A DNA stretch of 64,000 bases from Fistulifera solaris (taxonomy: Eukaryota): positions 62,001 through 126,000 of the forward strand of contig AP026147.1 of NCBI GenBank assembly GCA_030295235.1, written 5' to 3'. Below are positions 11,901-24,994 of this stretch, in pieces. The notes beneath the pieces are model-generated. The model worked only from the letters and a program-made list of their open reading frames with translations. It searched no databases and had not been told where the DNA came from. Both the position numbers and the translations under genes were made by a program. Within the stretch, counting starts at the first letter, position 1; each line of letters begins with the position of its first letter.

Positions 11901-14900
11901 AGAAAGAACTGAATCACCTGGTTGCAATGATTTGCTATTATCAGTGCTCTCCATATCTTCCACGTCTTCGGGCTTGTTAACAATAGCTTCTTTGTCATCG
12001 CATAAAGACTTTGAGGGAAGCGAATCAAGCCCATCAGTTTGAGCACTTTTATTTTCCTCGGTCGCCGAAACAAATGAGGGGTTGGTTAACTCCTCCGCAG
12101 TCTCGGAGTATACTGAAACTTGTTTGCCGTTTTCTGCATCGGTAAGCATGGGTTTCTCCAGTCGAGCGTTCGAATTCTCTAGCGACTTTTCAGCTCCTGT
12201 TATCCATCCACGTCCTGTCGTGATTAATGCGCAAGTAATGGACGTAACAAAATCGATTTTGTCGGTTTCCTGAGGGCTTTGTTCCGTTTCACTTGCATCG
12301 TGAGTTTCGATATCATGTTCAGTGTCGTCTTTCTCCGACGCATCCTGTACGCTGATCCCGCTTGTCGTACTATCCTTGTTAAAAATGCTCGACGACTTGA
12401 CTTGCTTCTTCCTATGGAAAGTTTCCGGTCGCGGGCCCTTGCATTTTTGGTCAACGGTCTCAGATTCTTTTTTCAATGGTAGGCAAGATTCAGGTCGAGG
12501 GGCTTCCCTGGCCTTCTTTTCCGAGAAAGGCTTGTTTTGTATCGCACCAACGCCGGCTTGTAGCGAGGTTTGCTGTTTATATCGAAGACCGTCAATTAAT
12601 TCCTCTGGTCTAGGGGGCTGAACAACCTTTCCACCTGATTTGCTGTTTGCCGGACCCTTAAACAATATTTGCTGAAGAACTGAGTCAGGAAGGCTATCCT
12701 CATCAAAATCGATCCCCATGCTCTGGCCGTGTGTTAAAACAATTTCCACGTCATCATCTCTTTCGCTCGACGTCGAGCTAGTTCCTTTAGTTTTTCATGC
12801 CAGCCGCTCGGGCGGCATGCTCGGAGGACTCTGATACGGGAATTGTACGAAAGGCATCGTCGTCTGTATTGGGTTGAACATTATCTGAAGCGATGCTTTC
12901 TTTCGATTGCTGCTTGAAAATGGATTGCTCTCCATCGACTTCACTGCTCACTGGGGACGTCTGATCGGCAAGTACCGGTACATGGACTTCCTCAACGCCT
13001 GTAAGATCAATGACCGCACTGCTGCTTCCTTTAGCTACGTCGATCGCTTGGTCTCGCATGTCTAGTACTTTTGGAAGCTTGTTGTCGCCACAAATCAAGG
13101 TCTCGGTTTGCTCAAAAATTGCATCAAGAAGGTCTTTTCCATCATTGGCAGCAACAAGTTGACTTCCCTCTGTAAAAGCAGCCACCTCCTCTTGAGTTTC
13201 TGTCGATTCGGCAACGGGATCTACTTGGGCTTCATTTTTGGTATTTCTGCGGTCAGTTTAGAATTTCCCACTTCAGCCAGACACGCATCGTGATCTTTGG
13301 GTTCCGCTGCTAGAGTGGGCAACGAGTCTTCTGGATTAAAATCGACGCTCTCTTTGGTTGCTGTGGAAGGAATGAGTTCTTGGTTGTCCAACGACTTTGA
13401 TGAATCGCCTTTACTTGCTGCTGCTTTTGAGAGGTCAATCTTATCACCGGGACTTCCCTTGTATTCCGTTGAGAACGTGGACGAAGGGGAATTGATAGTT
13501 GCGAAAATGAGCGATGGTGGTTCGGTTTGATGAGTTAGATACGACTGACCGAAAGTATCTTCTTCGTCTTCGCCTTTTTCGAGCATGAAAGCATTTCCAC
13601 CACAAACCAGTAACTCAGCCTGTTCAAAGAGGGAGAACAGAATACCTGGCTTGGACTTTGCCTTAGTAATATCTTTGGAGCAATCTTCTTTGTTGGATGA
13701 TATCGCGTCTCCCTTCTTGACATCTTTGTCGTCCTGCACGTCGCTTTGCATATGGATATTTTGAACCTCCGAAGTCTGTAAGGACGTGTCAACAACATCG
13801 CGTATTTCTTCCTTTGGTGAAAAACTCTTCCCTGCTACGATTTTGCCTTCAGATAGCACATCGTTCTCGACAAGAGTTCCATCGACAACATCAGCCTCCT
13901 CTTTAATCTGATCGTCTTCCATTGGCTGGTACTTATCTACCATCTCCACGTTGGCAAGATTCTCATTATGTTCGTCGTTTGCGAAGGTCAGGATGGAATG
14001 AACTGCGCCGGCTTGTTTGGGAGACAGGTCAAAAAGCCACACCGCCTCCATGTCTTCCAGATCGTCCGAGTCTTCAATGTTCGTTAAATCAATAATATCA
14101 GGATTCGCTCTGTCGATGGATCTAATCAAGACACCTTTAGCTGATGGTTTCAGTTTATTGATCTTCTCGTGAACTTCCATTTGCTTTTCTGAGCTCATTG
14201 CAATAACTTGTTTACCAAAAGAGAGAAGCCGCTGTTTCAAAGATGGCGTTTCCTCGATATTACAATCAATAGAGACTTGAATTTTCTTGCGAATCTGGTC
14301 TCCCTGGTCGTCCATGTACTTTGCTAGATCAAATGATTCACCGTCATCCTGCAAGCTCGACACCTTAGAGAACAGATTAACCGACGAATCGATTCCCAAC
14401 GATTCGTCGTCAAGTCCCAACCGATGAACTATTTTGGAGCGGAAGCTCGCATCATCTCGCTGAGCTCGCATATCGGATTCTTCAGGACGGAGCGGGGAAG
14501 CTGTCGATGATTGACAATCGGCGCTTTTGTCGTCGTCGCTATCCGAGCTACCGTTTTTAGCCAAGTGCTCATCTTTCCCGGCGACGTCGTTGTCGAAAGA
14601 AAAACTTTTCCGTGCTTGCGAGCCTCCCGAGGAATGTGATGATATCCGGTCCAGCTGTTTTTGGGAAGTGGACGACACGGTACTTATATTGCCACCACCC
14701 ATATTGCTCTTTGCTGATTTTGAAACGGAATATCGATCATGAGTGTTGTCCTCGTCATCAGAGTCGCCGCCACTAGCATCGCTCTTGTCGATGCCAACCT
14801 TGGATGATTTACACGTGTATCGTCCAGAGGCGTCGTCAAGCTTGTCATCGGCTTCTTCCATAGGGTCGCGATTCCTTCCACGCTTTGACGATGCATCAGC

Positions 14901-17402
14901 AGATCTTGTGATACGAGGCGTCGCTGGTCCAGTCGGTACATTGGTGTAACAACGCATGGTATGCATCTGACCCTCCGAATTCGACAACCTCGATTCTTTT
15001 GATGGTGCAGTATCTTGAGTCTGATCCTCCTCCGTTTCACCAAAGAAATGTCGGTTCGACGTCAATGGGGTCTTGTCTTGAGCTCTGTCGTACCCAGACG
15101 ATGCAATCATACCAAATAGTTTGTTGACCAAATTATCCTCTTCCGCAAAACGAACACCTGGCCTATCGCGTCCAATACCATTGTTTGATGTGAAACACTC
15201 TTTGTTCTTAAATGCTTTCGTGTCTCGAATGCATATTTGACCGAACGGAGTCTGATTGCAGCTGTTTAGCACAACTTCCAATGCAACTTCAGCCGTATCC
15301 CCGGATCGAGCAGTATTGTCCACACTCCATTCCGTAATCGAATCGGCCAGTGCGTCTCCGACTTTCTCCGGATGGGTGTAGGATTGGTTGAGGCGCATTG
15401 GAGGAGAAACCGGAGATCGTGGCGAGATAGGGCGACTGAAGGCGCCCGGCGACAAAGGAATGTATCGATCTTCGGTAATGGCATATCGGTCTTCCGTGAG
15501 ATCATCTTCCTCCGAATCACTGTTGTGCTTCGTCCACTCTAAACTGGACAGGCCTTCCATGTCTGGCCGAGCGATGACCTGTCTCATTGGGAAATTGCGA
15601 ACCGACTGATCCAAATCCGATATGAGACTGTCTTCGGAAAACACAATGTTGCGAGGCAGACTGGGCGTAGCCGTCAGATCATGACTGGTAGAAACTTTCG
15701 AGATCAAAGTGGGGCCATCTTTAGCGTCTCTTGTCGGACTGCGCTTCGGCTTGGCACTTCCCGGTGAAGCACTCTTCTTGGTTGTCACAGGAGGATGCTG
15801 TTTGCGGCTTTGTTGAAGTTTTTCTGCTTTTTGGGATGCTTTCTGGACAAATTTCTGCTGTCGACGCCGAGGACTGTCTGCGGATGCGGAGCGATGTGGG
15901 GAGGATCCTTTCTTCTTTCGTTCCGCGCGCTGCGCTTTGGGCGGTAAAACGGATTCCAAAGCTGCCATCATGGCAGCGGTATCAACCGCGGGCTCTGTAG
16001 CGTTAATTTCATTCATTAGCGATGCAACGTTCTCCGCTTCTGGGCCCTGTTCTTTGGACTGAAAATTGCGCTCAAAGAGACGTTTTCGCATAGATACGGG
16101 CGGCCGAGCCACATCCGGTTGTGATTGCATCATCATACCATGGAAGAATGTTTGTGAATCATCCTCTTCTCCGGCCGTATCTTCGACATCCCCATCCGCA
16201 CCTTCATCGGGAGCATCCCGACTCGTCGGTGCATCCACATGATGATGCTCATCCTCCGAATCCGGCGGCTCGAACGAAGTGCGTCGCACCGAAGGACGTT
16301 GTTTGGCTTTATGCACTGGCGTGGGGGCATTGGGAGGACGAGGGCCATCCAGCTCGACCAGTGACACGATCCCATCCATTTCGGGATGTGGTTCCGCCAA
16401 ACTGCGTTGCGGCAATGTTTCCGGAGGTTCTTCCGGTTTATGCACGGAAGGAATAGTGACATCGAAGACCGTCTTTTCACGCGGAAGCAGTAATATGGAA
16501 GGCTTGTTCTCTTCCAAAGCTTGCAACAACGTCGTTTTCTTGGCATCCGCCTTAGAACTGGGTTCGGCCACTTCATCCTCGTTCGTGGCAAGAACATTGG
16601 CACTTTTCTGCAATGCCTTGACTCGATCCATTGGATTCATTCGATGCAAAAGAGCTTTGATCTTATCAAATTTTTGATTGTGATTGTGATGGTTGGTACC
16701 GTCTTCCTCTTCTTTTGGAAGCGCCGGCTGTTCCACGGGTTGGTCCTCGTCTGTCGCAACCTCTTCTTCTTCCCTCCACCTTGTTTTCTTCCATTTCCGC
16801 CGTCGTTGTGGGGCGCACTTCACTTTCTTCGACGTTGTTGTTGGTTTCGACCTCCGGTGCATTCACCACCACCATCGCCGCACGATTGTCCGCCACTGGT
16901 GTCACCTCCTTTTGACTTTGCGGTGTGGTGGCAGAAAAAATAGTCGGCAGCACGGGACGTTCGGCAGTGTGGATCTCCTCCTCCGGTGGGACCGTATTAT
17001 CGTTTGTGGACATGGTAATCATTTGCGGCTGTACTTTTGCAAATCCATGATCTTGTGAGTGGTATCCTTAAAGTCTTGGACTTTTTGCTGTCGCCGCAAA
17101 CGTTTGGCTTTGTATTGTACCGATGCTTGACTCAAACTGCTCAGATCCTGCTCGCCCGTCGCGGTCGTCTCGACACAGGCCGGCAAGAGACGTTCCTGCG
17201 TCAATTCGGAAATGCGACTGTGTTGATCGTGATGATTTTCATCGTACGCAATGGAGGATAGAGGCGGTTTCTTCGTCAAGAGACGTTGATGCGGTGTCGT
17301 TTTAGTTTTTCGTAACAGAGACGGAAAGATGGTCGTTTTCGGTTTCGCAATGTTCGCATTCGCCGTTGTCGTCGCATGCGGCGACGGCTGCAGCGGTTTC
17401 AT
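8971..17402 (-). CDS. Very large acidic, Ser-rich disordered protein (about 2809 aa), split into seven ORFs by six homopolymer indels
   Basis: ORFs 17019..17402, 16666..17022, 13221..16862, 12787..13185, 9912..12749, 9635..9859 and 8971..9762 join into one frame with single-base fixes at 17035-38, 16772-74, 13235-39, 12791-95, 9968-71 and 9658-65. The corrected length of 8430 nt is divisible by 3. There is a short coiled-coil-like segment near the C-terminus. Confidence 0.75.
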
Positions 17403-17958
17403 CTTGATGATTCGACGATCCCGATAGTTTTATTTAAACTGCGATCGTCTCTGACAAGATAATGGTTTGTTTAGATGTGAATGGGCTTCTTTGAATTATT
17501 GTTGATACGACGATCGATCTTTTTTCTTTGGCGATGTTGGTCCTCATTCGTTCAAACGAAACCTCCGTTCCGCGAAAGATCGGCTGACGTGCTGCGTCCT
17601 ATGACCAGTCAGTCCTTGAGTGCCGTATGATTTTTGTCGGTGATAGTATCCTTGGGATCGATATTCAACTTCGTATACGACATTTAAATTACTATACGAC
17701 ACTGCGAATTGCTTAGTACTTATCACCTGTAGTCTAGGGTGCGCCAGTCGAAATTTTGATACAGGACTGTAGGCGGACGAATATCAGTCGTGTGGAGCCG
17801 ACACGTTTCGACCGAGAGCCGTTACCCAACATCACGGCGCACATTTGGCTCAACGGTCGCTTTTCACCACAAACATCATTCTTCGTCAAGCTATTGCATT
17901 GCAACAACCGCAGACAGTGTCTTCTCTTTGTATAGTTTCTACCATTCCTTCTACAACA

Positions 17959-19360
17959 ATGGTAACCATTCGTCGCAATCCTTCCAAACGATTGCTTTCG
18001 TTCTGGCGATGCCATCCTGTTTGGTCGTTCTTGCTGGTGTGTGGTTTGTTTTCCGTCGGTTTTCTCTTTTTAATGTCCTTTCAAGCCAATGAACAAATGC
18101 TGTTGGACCATCATACACGAGGAAATCAACAACCGCACAAAAATTTATCGGAAGATGAGCGCAACGAAGCGGTTAATACATTGAATCACCGAAATAATGA
18201 CAATGCAAAGGTAGAAGAAAAGATGACAACGACGAAACACAAAGCCATCATTCCACGCCCACCACTCGAGCAATTGATCAAAGACGAAGAACGCGGTGTC
18301 AAAGGAGATGTCTCCTTTTTATTGAATTGGGCCATTCTTGGACACGCCAAGGCCGGTACGACCTTTATTAAAAACTGGGTCGGTCGACATCCCGATATTT
18401 CCACGTGGGAAGATGAAGTGTGTGATTTGTACGACAACAAACCCGCCGGCTTGGCCAAACGATTGTATACGGAATTGGCGCCCGATAAATTACGCGGCTT
18501 TAAATGTCCCGGACACTTTTCACGGCGGTCCATGCGTCATTTTCACAAATATTATCCGCACACGAAATTAATTGTGGGAGTGCGGTACGTACGATAAAAT
18601 AAAAAGCATGACGAGTATCTCTTTCCAACATCTGACTTACACTCTTTCAACTGCAACAGACACCCCATTCGATGGTTCGAATCGTTTTACAATTTCCGCA
18701 TGCGCCATGCGGCCGAAAATTACAGTTTGCCGCATCCCAATGAATTGAGTGGAGAATGCACGCCGGAAAAGGATGGAGTCTGCACGGAACGGGCCAATTT
18801 TCAAACCAATTTGGCCGTCTTTGGCAAGACACCCATGAAGAGCAAACACGAACGCAATTTGATTCGTTTTACGAAATACACGTACGAAAGTACGTTCGAA
18901 ATCAGTAATCCGCTCTTCTTGTATGATGTCGATCAATTTGCGGAAGGCACCGATCAATTTGCGTTGGATTTACAAGATTTTTTGGGTTTGGAGACGCCCT
19001 TACCCGAACCGACCAAGAAGGATGCGGGCATGTCCAGTCGACCCAAACCCAAGGCACTCAATATTTGTGAAGATGAATTTGCGCCGTTGCGGAAAGAATT
19101 GATTGATATTGGGAGTCGGGCCAGTGAGTGGATCTTGGAGTACTTTCTCGAATCACCACAAGTGGTTGTCAGTCAAGAGGAACAGTTTCGGAGAATTGTA
19201 GAAGCATGGAAAGTAGATCCTTGCGACAAAAAAGAAAGCTGCGGCCAAGGAAGAAGCGAAACACGAAGAAGAGGAGCACGACAAAGAAGAAGAGGACGAG
19301 GAGGAGGAAGAAGAAGACAAAAAGGAAGAGGAAGAGGAGGAAGACGAGGAGGAAGAGTAG
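17959..19360 (+). CDS. Type II membrane sulfotransferase-like protein; intron 18585-18659; frameshift in the A run 19228-19233 before an acidic tail
   Basis: N-terminal TM helix and 5'-PSB-like motif ILGHAKAGTT. Splicing the GT-AG intron gives the 3'-PB-like motif LIVGVRHPIRWFESFYNFR. Removing one A gives a Glu-rich tail ending at TAG 19358-19360. Confidence 0.8.
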
Positions 19361-20392
19361 CCACAATACCCTTCAAGCTAATTTTTCTTTGAAAAGACAG
19401 CAATTGTGCTTGCTATGTACGCGCAAGCACTTGCACAAAAGCAACCTAGTTAGGAAAACATGAAACACAATAGAATCTTATTGATATGTAAAACATTACT
19501 CTCCTCTTAGCGTTATATTCAGTTTTACATTTCGACTAGAGTGTTGTAATGCTGCTCCGTTGGTGCAAACTGATGGCAAACAGATTGAGTTCTCGCTTAA
19601 CACCTCCCATCTTTGGAGGCGAAACAGGAGATGCAGGGACCTCATTTCATGTGCAACAACCGCAGCAACACTGTGATCCGGGGACACCTTCGCATGGGAT
19701 AGCTATAGGCACGTACGCGCCGAATAAATACAAACTGCAAGTAATGAGAACTATAAGAATTGAGATGCCTAGTGCCTAGAGGTATAATTTTCTCATCCAG
19801 GATATCCAAAGTATAGTTTGTTCCACGTCACACGCGAACATCGGCGTCCTTTGCGTTAGCCGTTCGCACTTCACTCGTTCATTCTGTGACACCGGTTCAT
19901 TTGTGTGAAACAGAATGTACTATGTAGGAATTGGTTTATACGTCAGGAAGTAGGTGACTGGATCATTCAATTGAACTTGGGTAACGGACGCTCAGAAATG
20001 TTCCCACCAAAGCTGATGGTCACTATCGCACATACAATAGCCGCAATTGCGTGTGCACTCCAACTGTAGGCCAGCACATTCGGGGTGTCCCGATTGGACC
20101 AAGCCACGTGTTTCGTGTCCCATGTCGGCAAGGCGCGGGAAACCGTAAAGAACAGTCGACCAAAGTGTCGTGTAACGCATTATGCGGAACGTTGAATTCC
20201 GCAAAAGGCAAATGATCCATTCGTGTGTTTTCTTACTCGATCGACGTCGAATGAATCTTGCATTCGTTTCATAAAATTCTTCGTTCCTTCCAAAATCCTT
20301 CTCGCGAGATTTCACCAAAGAGAGGGAAGAGAAAGACGTGTATTCATTCGGAGTGAACTCTGATTATAAAACGAAACGAATACAGCGTCAAC

Positions 20393-20788
20393 ATGGTTCC
20401 GGCGCGGCAAGCGATGGAGCCTCGAACGCCCCAACACGTATTGAGGAATAATAGTGAGAATGCAGTGTTCCACTGTCCTCATCCTCCACAGCGACACCGC
20501 GTGGAAGAAATACCGGATGAACGGTGTTTCCCTCTCTTTCCCTTACCCTTGGAACACGATGACGAACGAATCATTGTGCACTCCTTGCAACGTGTCTCTC
20601 TGCAACCCCGCAAGGCGGCCCCCACAAATTGGAGAGTCGATGCAAGAAGCCCCGAACGACGATCGACCCGTCAGGATCACTTATCCGTACGAGAGTGTCC
20701 CAAAATCCCCTTGAGCGTGGATCCCGATTCCTGTTTGCAGGCTCCGTCTCGCTATCTTTCCATGAAACCAACTCGAGAATTCATGTGA
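20393..20788 (+). CDS. Small disordered hypothetical protein (PRTP...CPHPPQR; FPLFPL...SLQPRK; CPKIPL...LSMKP)
   Basis: 131-aa ATG-initiated ORF with the same motif pairs as the ORFs at 861-4223. Confidence 0.6.
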   Translation: MVPARQAMEPRTPQHVLRNNSENAVFHCPHPPQRHRVEEIPDERCFPLFPLPLEHDDERIIVHSLQRVSLQPRKAAPTNWRVDARSPERRSTRQDHLSVRECPKIPLSVDPDSCLQAPSRYLSMKPTREFM

Positions 20789-22194
20789 GCTAGCTGGCTC
20801 ATTTGAGCTTGTATCTTTTTGTTTCTGTGCAGCGACAGTTTGTCTTTGATTAGCTTATGATGATGTTGTAGAGTTTTGATCCGAATGTTATTATTAGAAA
20901 TCGAACATTTTATATTTTTCAAAGACTAGTGATACTAGTTATACAACGAAAAGCGAATAGGTTGTAGTGAAGGATACCTTGTACACACTCGATGTGCCGT
21001 ATTCCGTTTTTCTAGGCGTACAACATAGCAACCGTAACAAGTACGGAGTACATGGTACGAGGTCGGAAGCATTTTTCTGCGCTGTAACACCTTGCCGTTC
21101 CAAAACAAACTCATCCAACAACTATCGAGGCGAAACATTGTCACGACGCAACGACACGCGGCCATTTCGACTCAATGAAACCACCTTGCTAAGGACGAAA
21201 GCTCCTACCAGTCTACGTGGAAATAGCCAGCACTCCGAACAAGGATAATTCACACGCCCAAACATGCGACAAAATACACAGAAAAGTACCAGTTTGCCAT
21301 TTCGCCCGAAAGGTACAAAGGCAAGACACATTAAACTCTCTTTGTCGTTTGTGCAACCGAACACCACGAAGACCATCGTTTCTTATTTTTCCCGTGTCGC
21401 TCCGTGCACATCTCAACGATATTTCTCGTAAAACCCTCCAACCATCTCCCACCTTCTTTCTTAATTCCGACTAATTACTTTAAATTATAATAATTTACCG
21501 CAAACGACGCGCTTCACGTTCCCATTCCAACAAGCACAGAATGTCTCCCTCGCGAACGGGTCCCTTGACGTTGCGGACGATGGAACGTCCCGTGGTACCA
21601 CCACCTTCGGCATCCATGAATTCGACACGAACTTGCGTGACATTACCGGTATTACCCGTTCGTCCGAGAACGCGGTTGACTTTGGCTAATTTGACGGGTT
21701 GATCCTGTGGAAAGAAAGCAAATGATAAGTTTTAGTAATGCGGTAAGTGGTGTCAAGAAGGAATGCGGTGAAAGTTGTTTCGGCAATTGCTCGTTTTGAC
21801 GGTCGTCCTGTTCTCTCTTGATAATTATTTTATATAGATAGAATAAACGACAAAGAGAAAGAATAGATTATCATGTCGAAAAGAAACGTACCATGGTTGC
21901 TTGGTTGTTGTTGTTGAAAAGGATTGTGGGCATTTTGTTTGATAACACAAACCAGAGGCGGATGGAGGAAGGCCTTAAACGGATGAGCAGACAGACGAGC
22001 GGACGGCTGAACAAAGAATGGACAGAAGGACAGACGGATGTTGCATGTTGGTTTTCGTATAGTTTTTCGATACCGTAACGAAAACTTCGAATGCCCCTTT
22101 GCTTGTGAATGAAAAAATAAAGCGATCGGAACATTTTTTAGGCTTCGAAGAACCAAAAGACAATTGTGAACTGCCTTCCCAGCTCCCACTTACT

Positions 22195-22995
22195 ATGAAA
22201 TATGGTCTAGTTCTTTGTTCCTTGTGTTGTTGGACGGAAGGATGGATGCATTCCGTTTCAACGAGCCGAAGAAATTGCTACGACAATTCGCTGAGGACTA
22301 CTCTTCGACGCTCCAGCACGTCACACGACGCCATTTCGACAATTCGTGAACCTTCCAAAGGAAAATCAAAGACGAAAACTGAATCATTTACTAACAAACA
22401 ATCAACGACACCTCTGTTTTGGCACAATGCTTCGGATCCTACCGTCTTTCATTATCACAATACTACTACTACTGGTCTGACATTCCGCATCCGCGGCAAT
22501 CCCCTACCGTTGCAGCGACACCGTCAAACCCGACGTGGATTTGTCTACAATCCGTCACAAACAGCCCAAACCGCCTTTCGTCAAGTCCTGGAATCGCAAC
22601 TGGTATCCCAACCAGAAACACCACTGTTCGAGGAGACGATTCCCCTCCACATGTCTTGTCATTTTTATATGAAACGATCCTTATCGGATTTTGTCGCCCA
22701 AACCCGTGGACGACCTTTGAAAATGGCAGCCGCCACTGTGTTGTCCACACGGACCCCCGATGTTGATAATTTGGCCAAATTCGTTTTGGATTCGTTGAAT
22801 GGTTTGTTGTATGCGGACGATCAGCAGATTGTGTCCTTGTCCGTTCAGAAACTCCGAGACAATGAGGGCGAGTGTTGGGGTTATACGGATGTACATGTAT
22901 CAGTAGTGAGTGATAAGGACGGGAGTTCTATGTTGCTGACGGATGATCCAGAATCCATCCGTCATGTGTTACAAGTGAAGAATCATCTTGTGTAA
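22195..22995 (+). CDS. rusA: RusA-family Holliday junction resolvase with bipartite presequence
   Basis: Catalytic motif PDVDNLAKFVLDSLNG...ADDQQIV and N-terminal strand FRIRGNPLPLQR...YNPS. The N-terminus MKYGLVLCSLCCWTEG-W is followed by a Ser/Thr/Arg-rich stretch. Confidence 0.85.
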   Translation: MKYGLVLCSLCCWTEGWMHSVSTSRRNCYDNSLRTTLRRSSTSHDAISTIREPSKGKSKTKTESFTNKQSTTPLFWHNASDPTVFHYHNTTTTGLTFRIRGNPLPLQRHRQTRRGFVYNPSQTAQTAFRQVLESQLVSQPETPLFEETIPLHMSCHFYMKRSLSDFVAQTRGRPLKMAAATVLSTRTPDVDNLAKFVLDSLNGLLYADDQQIVSLSVQKLRDNEGECWGYTDVHVSVVSDKDGSSMLLTDDPESIRHVLQVKNHLV

Positions 22996-23415
22996 AAAGT
23001 AAACAAAATCAAATAGATAGAAATTCATTTTTTGTTTTCGAGTGCTACGGTGTCGATTTCTTTTAGATAGTAGCGTTCGCGCGGCGTCAAGGTCAAGCTA
23101 TAGGTCGAGCGTGAAGCAACTATAGCGTTAGCGGACGCTCTATCAGGTGCGCCAGACGTGAAGCTTCAACGGAAATATAAAAATGTCCGTTAACGATAAA
23201 TAAAACATCACTACTGTTCTACTGTACACTGGACTCTGGTCCGCGCGAGGAGTCAGACAGCAAGACGTTTTCCCTCCTTTTTCGTTTCCTCGTTCCTCGC
23301 AAACACTGCACCCTTCCGTCCATTTGTTGTCATTCTTGATCAACTTCAAACCGCTCTCTTTCTTTTCGACAAACACCAACAAACAGCTCATAAAAACAGA
23401 AAAGCGCACAATAGT

Positions 23416-24069
23416 ATGAATACAGCACAACCATCACTGTTATTACCGGCCGCCGGACAAGACGGATCGTCCTTTCGGGCTTCCTTTTCCGCCGAAGAAA
23501 CGCATGTCGAAGTCATTCCGGATTTCACGGCCTCTCCTTCATTCATGGCGGGCGTTCCGGTCCAAGTGCCTCTGTGGAAAGCAGAATTGTTGCAAACCCG
23601 TTCGTTGGGTCGCATTGTCTTTCCGGATTGGTTATCCATTGATAAATTGCGTCCGATTTTGCAACAAGAAAAGACGCAGCCACTGTTGACAACATCACTG
23701 CCCTTCTATTATTACGAACTGACACGGAAACTCACCAATCGACCGCGACACGATGACACGAATCCCGATGTTTTACGACTATTGGTGGAAGATATCTTTC
23801 AAGTGCGCGTGGAAAAATTGCGACAACAATTTCCCGCCTATCTTGCGTTAATGGAAGATCAAGACATCCCCAAAGTCGATGTTCCCGGTATTGCGAGTGC
23901 GGAATTGGTACTCTTGGGACCCTTTCTGTTGCAAGCACTCGGGGATCGGGCGTTGTTGTTGCAGCAAACGAAAACGAACAAGAATGATGCGGCAGAGGAG
24001 CGTGGGGAAGATACGGTCACTGGTGAACCCATTCGACCCAAAGTTCCTTTGCGACGCTTTCGGCGTTAG
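23416..24069 (+). CDS. PSF2: DNA replication complex GINS subunit Psf2
   Basis: F.AEET.VEVIPDF, PVQVPLWKAELL, IVFPDWLSIDKL, LPFYYYE and LVEDIFQVRVEKLR follow the Psf2 motif order. Confidence 0.9.
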   Translation: MNTAQPSLLLPAAGQDGSSFRASFSAEETHVEVIPDFTASPSFMAGVPVQVPLWKAELLQTRSLGRIVFPDWLSIDKLRPILQQEKTQPLLTTSLPFYYYELTRKLTNRPRHDDTNPDVLRLLVEDIFQVRVEKLRQQFPAYLALMEDQDIPKVDVPGIASAELVLLGPFLLQALGDRALLLQQTKTNKNDAAEERGEDTVTGEPIRPKVPLRRFRR

Positions 24070-24475
24070 TCGTATCAGTTGTGGTCGTGTTCGAATGCCA
24101 TGGAAGGGACTTATTTGGGGACTTGGTTGATAGACGTAATATTAGGTGCGATTGCAGCAAAAAGACGCGATCTCATTATTTGTTTGTAGCCCCCTGTTCG
24201 GGGCCATTCGTTATTCAAACTAAGCGTTCTAAAATGGATCGATTAAAATTAAGATTACACTAAGAAAAAGGCGACCTCTCCTTCACGTTAACTCACGACG
24301 TCACGTCGGCGTCAAAAAGAAAAAGGGCCGTTGTGGAGAACGCACGTGACGTTGAAAGTGAGATTTTCACAGAACTTGTGTGCGTTCATTCGAGCGACCC
24401 GAAATACGCGTGATTTACGAAATAGAAGAAAAACGTACACACTAGTCGTTATAAATTACATAGGGAGGAGAAAGG

Positions 24476-24994
24476 TCACTTTCTTCTTTCGTGACAGGAC
24501 TCGCCCCAAAAGAAGAACAAAACCAAGAGCGAAAAAGAACAAATTGGTTTTCCCTTGAGGTCGATCAACCGTTGCTGTTTAGCTGGCCTTTTGTTGAAAT
24601 CCAAAATCGTTCGAGCTTCGCGAATGCGCTCCACGTCTCCACTGGCCTGTGCTGCTTCCAGTTCTTCTTCGGCGGCCATGTCCAACAGTCTCGTCGTTGC
24701 ATACTGATCCAAAAAGGCGATATTGTTCGGAAGGTCGTACGGCTTTCCCAAACATCCTTGGCATTTGTTGTTCCATTGCAGGCGTAGGTAGAGCAGAGTC
24801 GGAAAGGGCCTTCTTCGTGTGTCAAAACAGTCGTTACTGAGATAGTCTGTCATCGGGTGGCTGTTTTCGTCGGCGCTGCAGTTCTTGCACATGAAGGAAT
24901 GTTCGTCGGCAGAAGAATGATGATACGGATGATGAGGACTTTGTTGCTGATGAGGATGAGATGGATCGCTGTATAAATGTCGTTTCTCAATCAT
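24476..24994 (-). CDS. Hypothetical protein (His-rich N-terminus, two CxxC pairs)
   Basis: 172-aa ATG ORF containing CKNC and CQGC. No family recognised and the C-terminus is uncertain. Confidence 0.5.
   Translation of the reverse strand: MIEKRHLYSDPSHPHQQQSPHHPYHHSSADEHSFMCKNCSADENSHPMTDYLSNDCFDTRRRPFPTLLYLRLQWNNKCQGCLGKPYDLPNNIAFLDQYATTRLLDMAAEEELEAAQASGDVERIREARTILDFNKRPAKQQRLIDLKGKPICSFSLLVLFFFWGESCHERRK

Noticed and set aside
9867..17305. Many plus-strand ORFs overlapping the giant gene
   Set aside because: They are antisense shadows of low-complexity coding sequence.
19234..19392. Arg/Gly-rich C-terminal tail on the sulfotransferase
   Set aside because: It is the shifted reading of a GAA/GAG-rich Glu tail caused by one extra A.
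21120..21690. Possible small spliced gene ending ...[26 protein letters not shown]
   Set aside because: I could not build a consistent start and splice model or recognise a family.
22195..24069. RusA and Psf2 as a functional DNA-metabolism cluster
   Set aside because: The predicted compartments differ (plastid versus nucleus), and adjacency in a compact genome is not evidence without conserved synteny.
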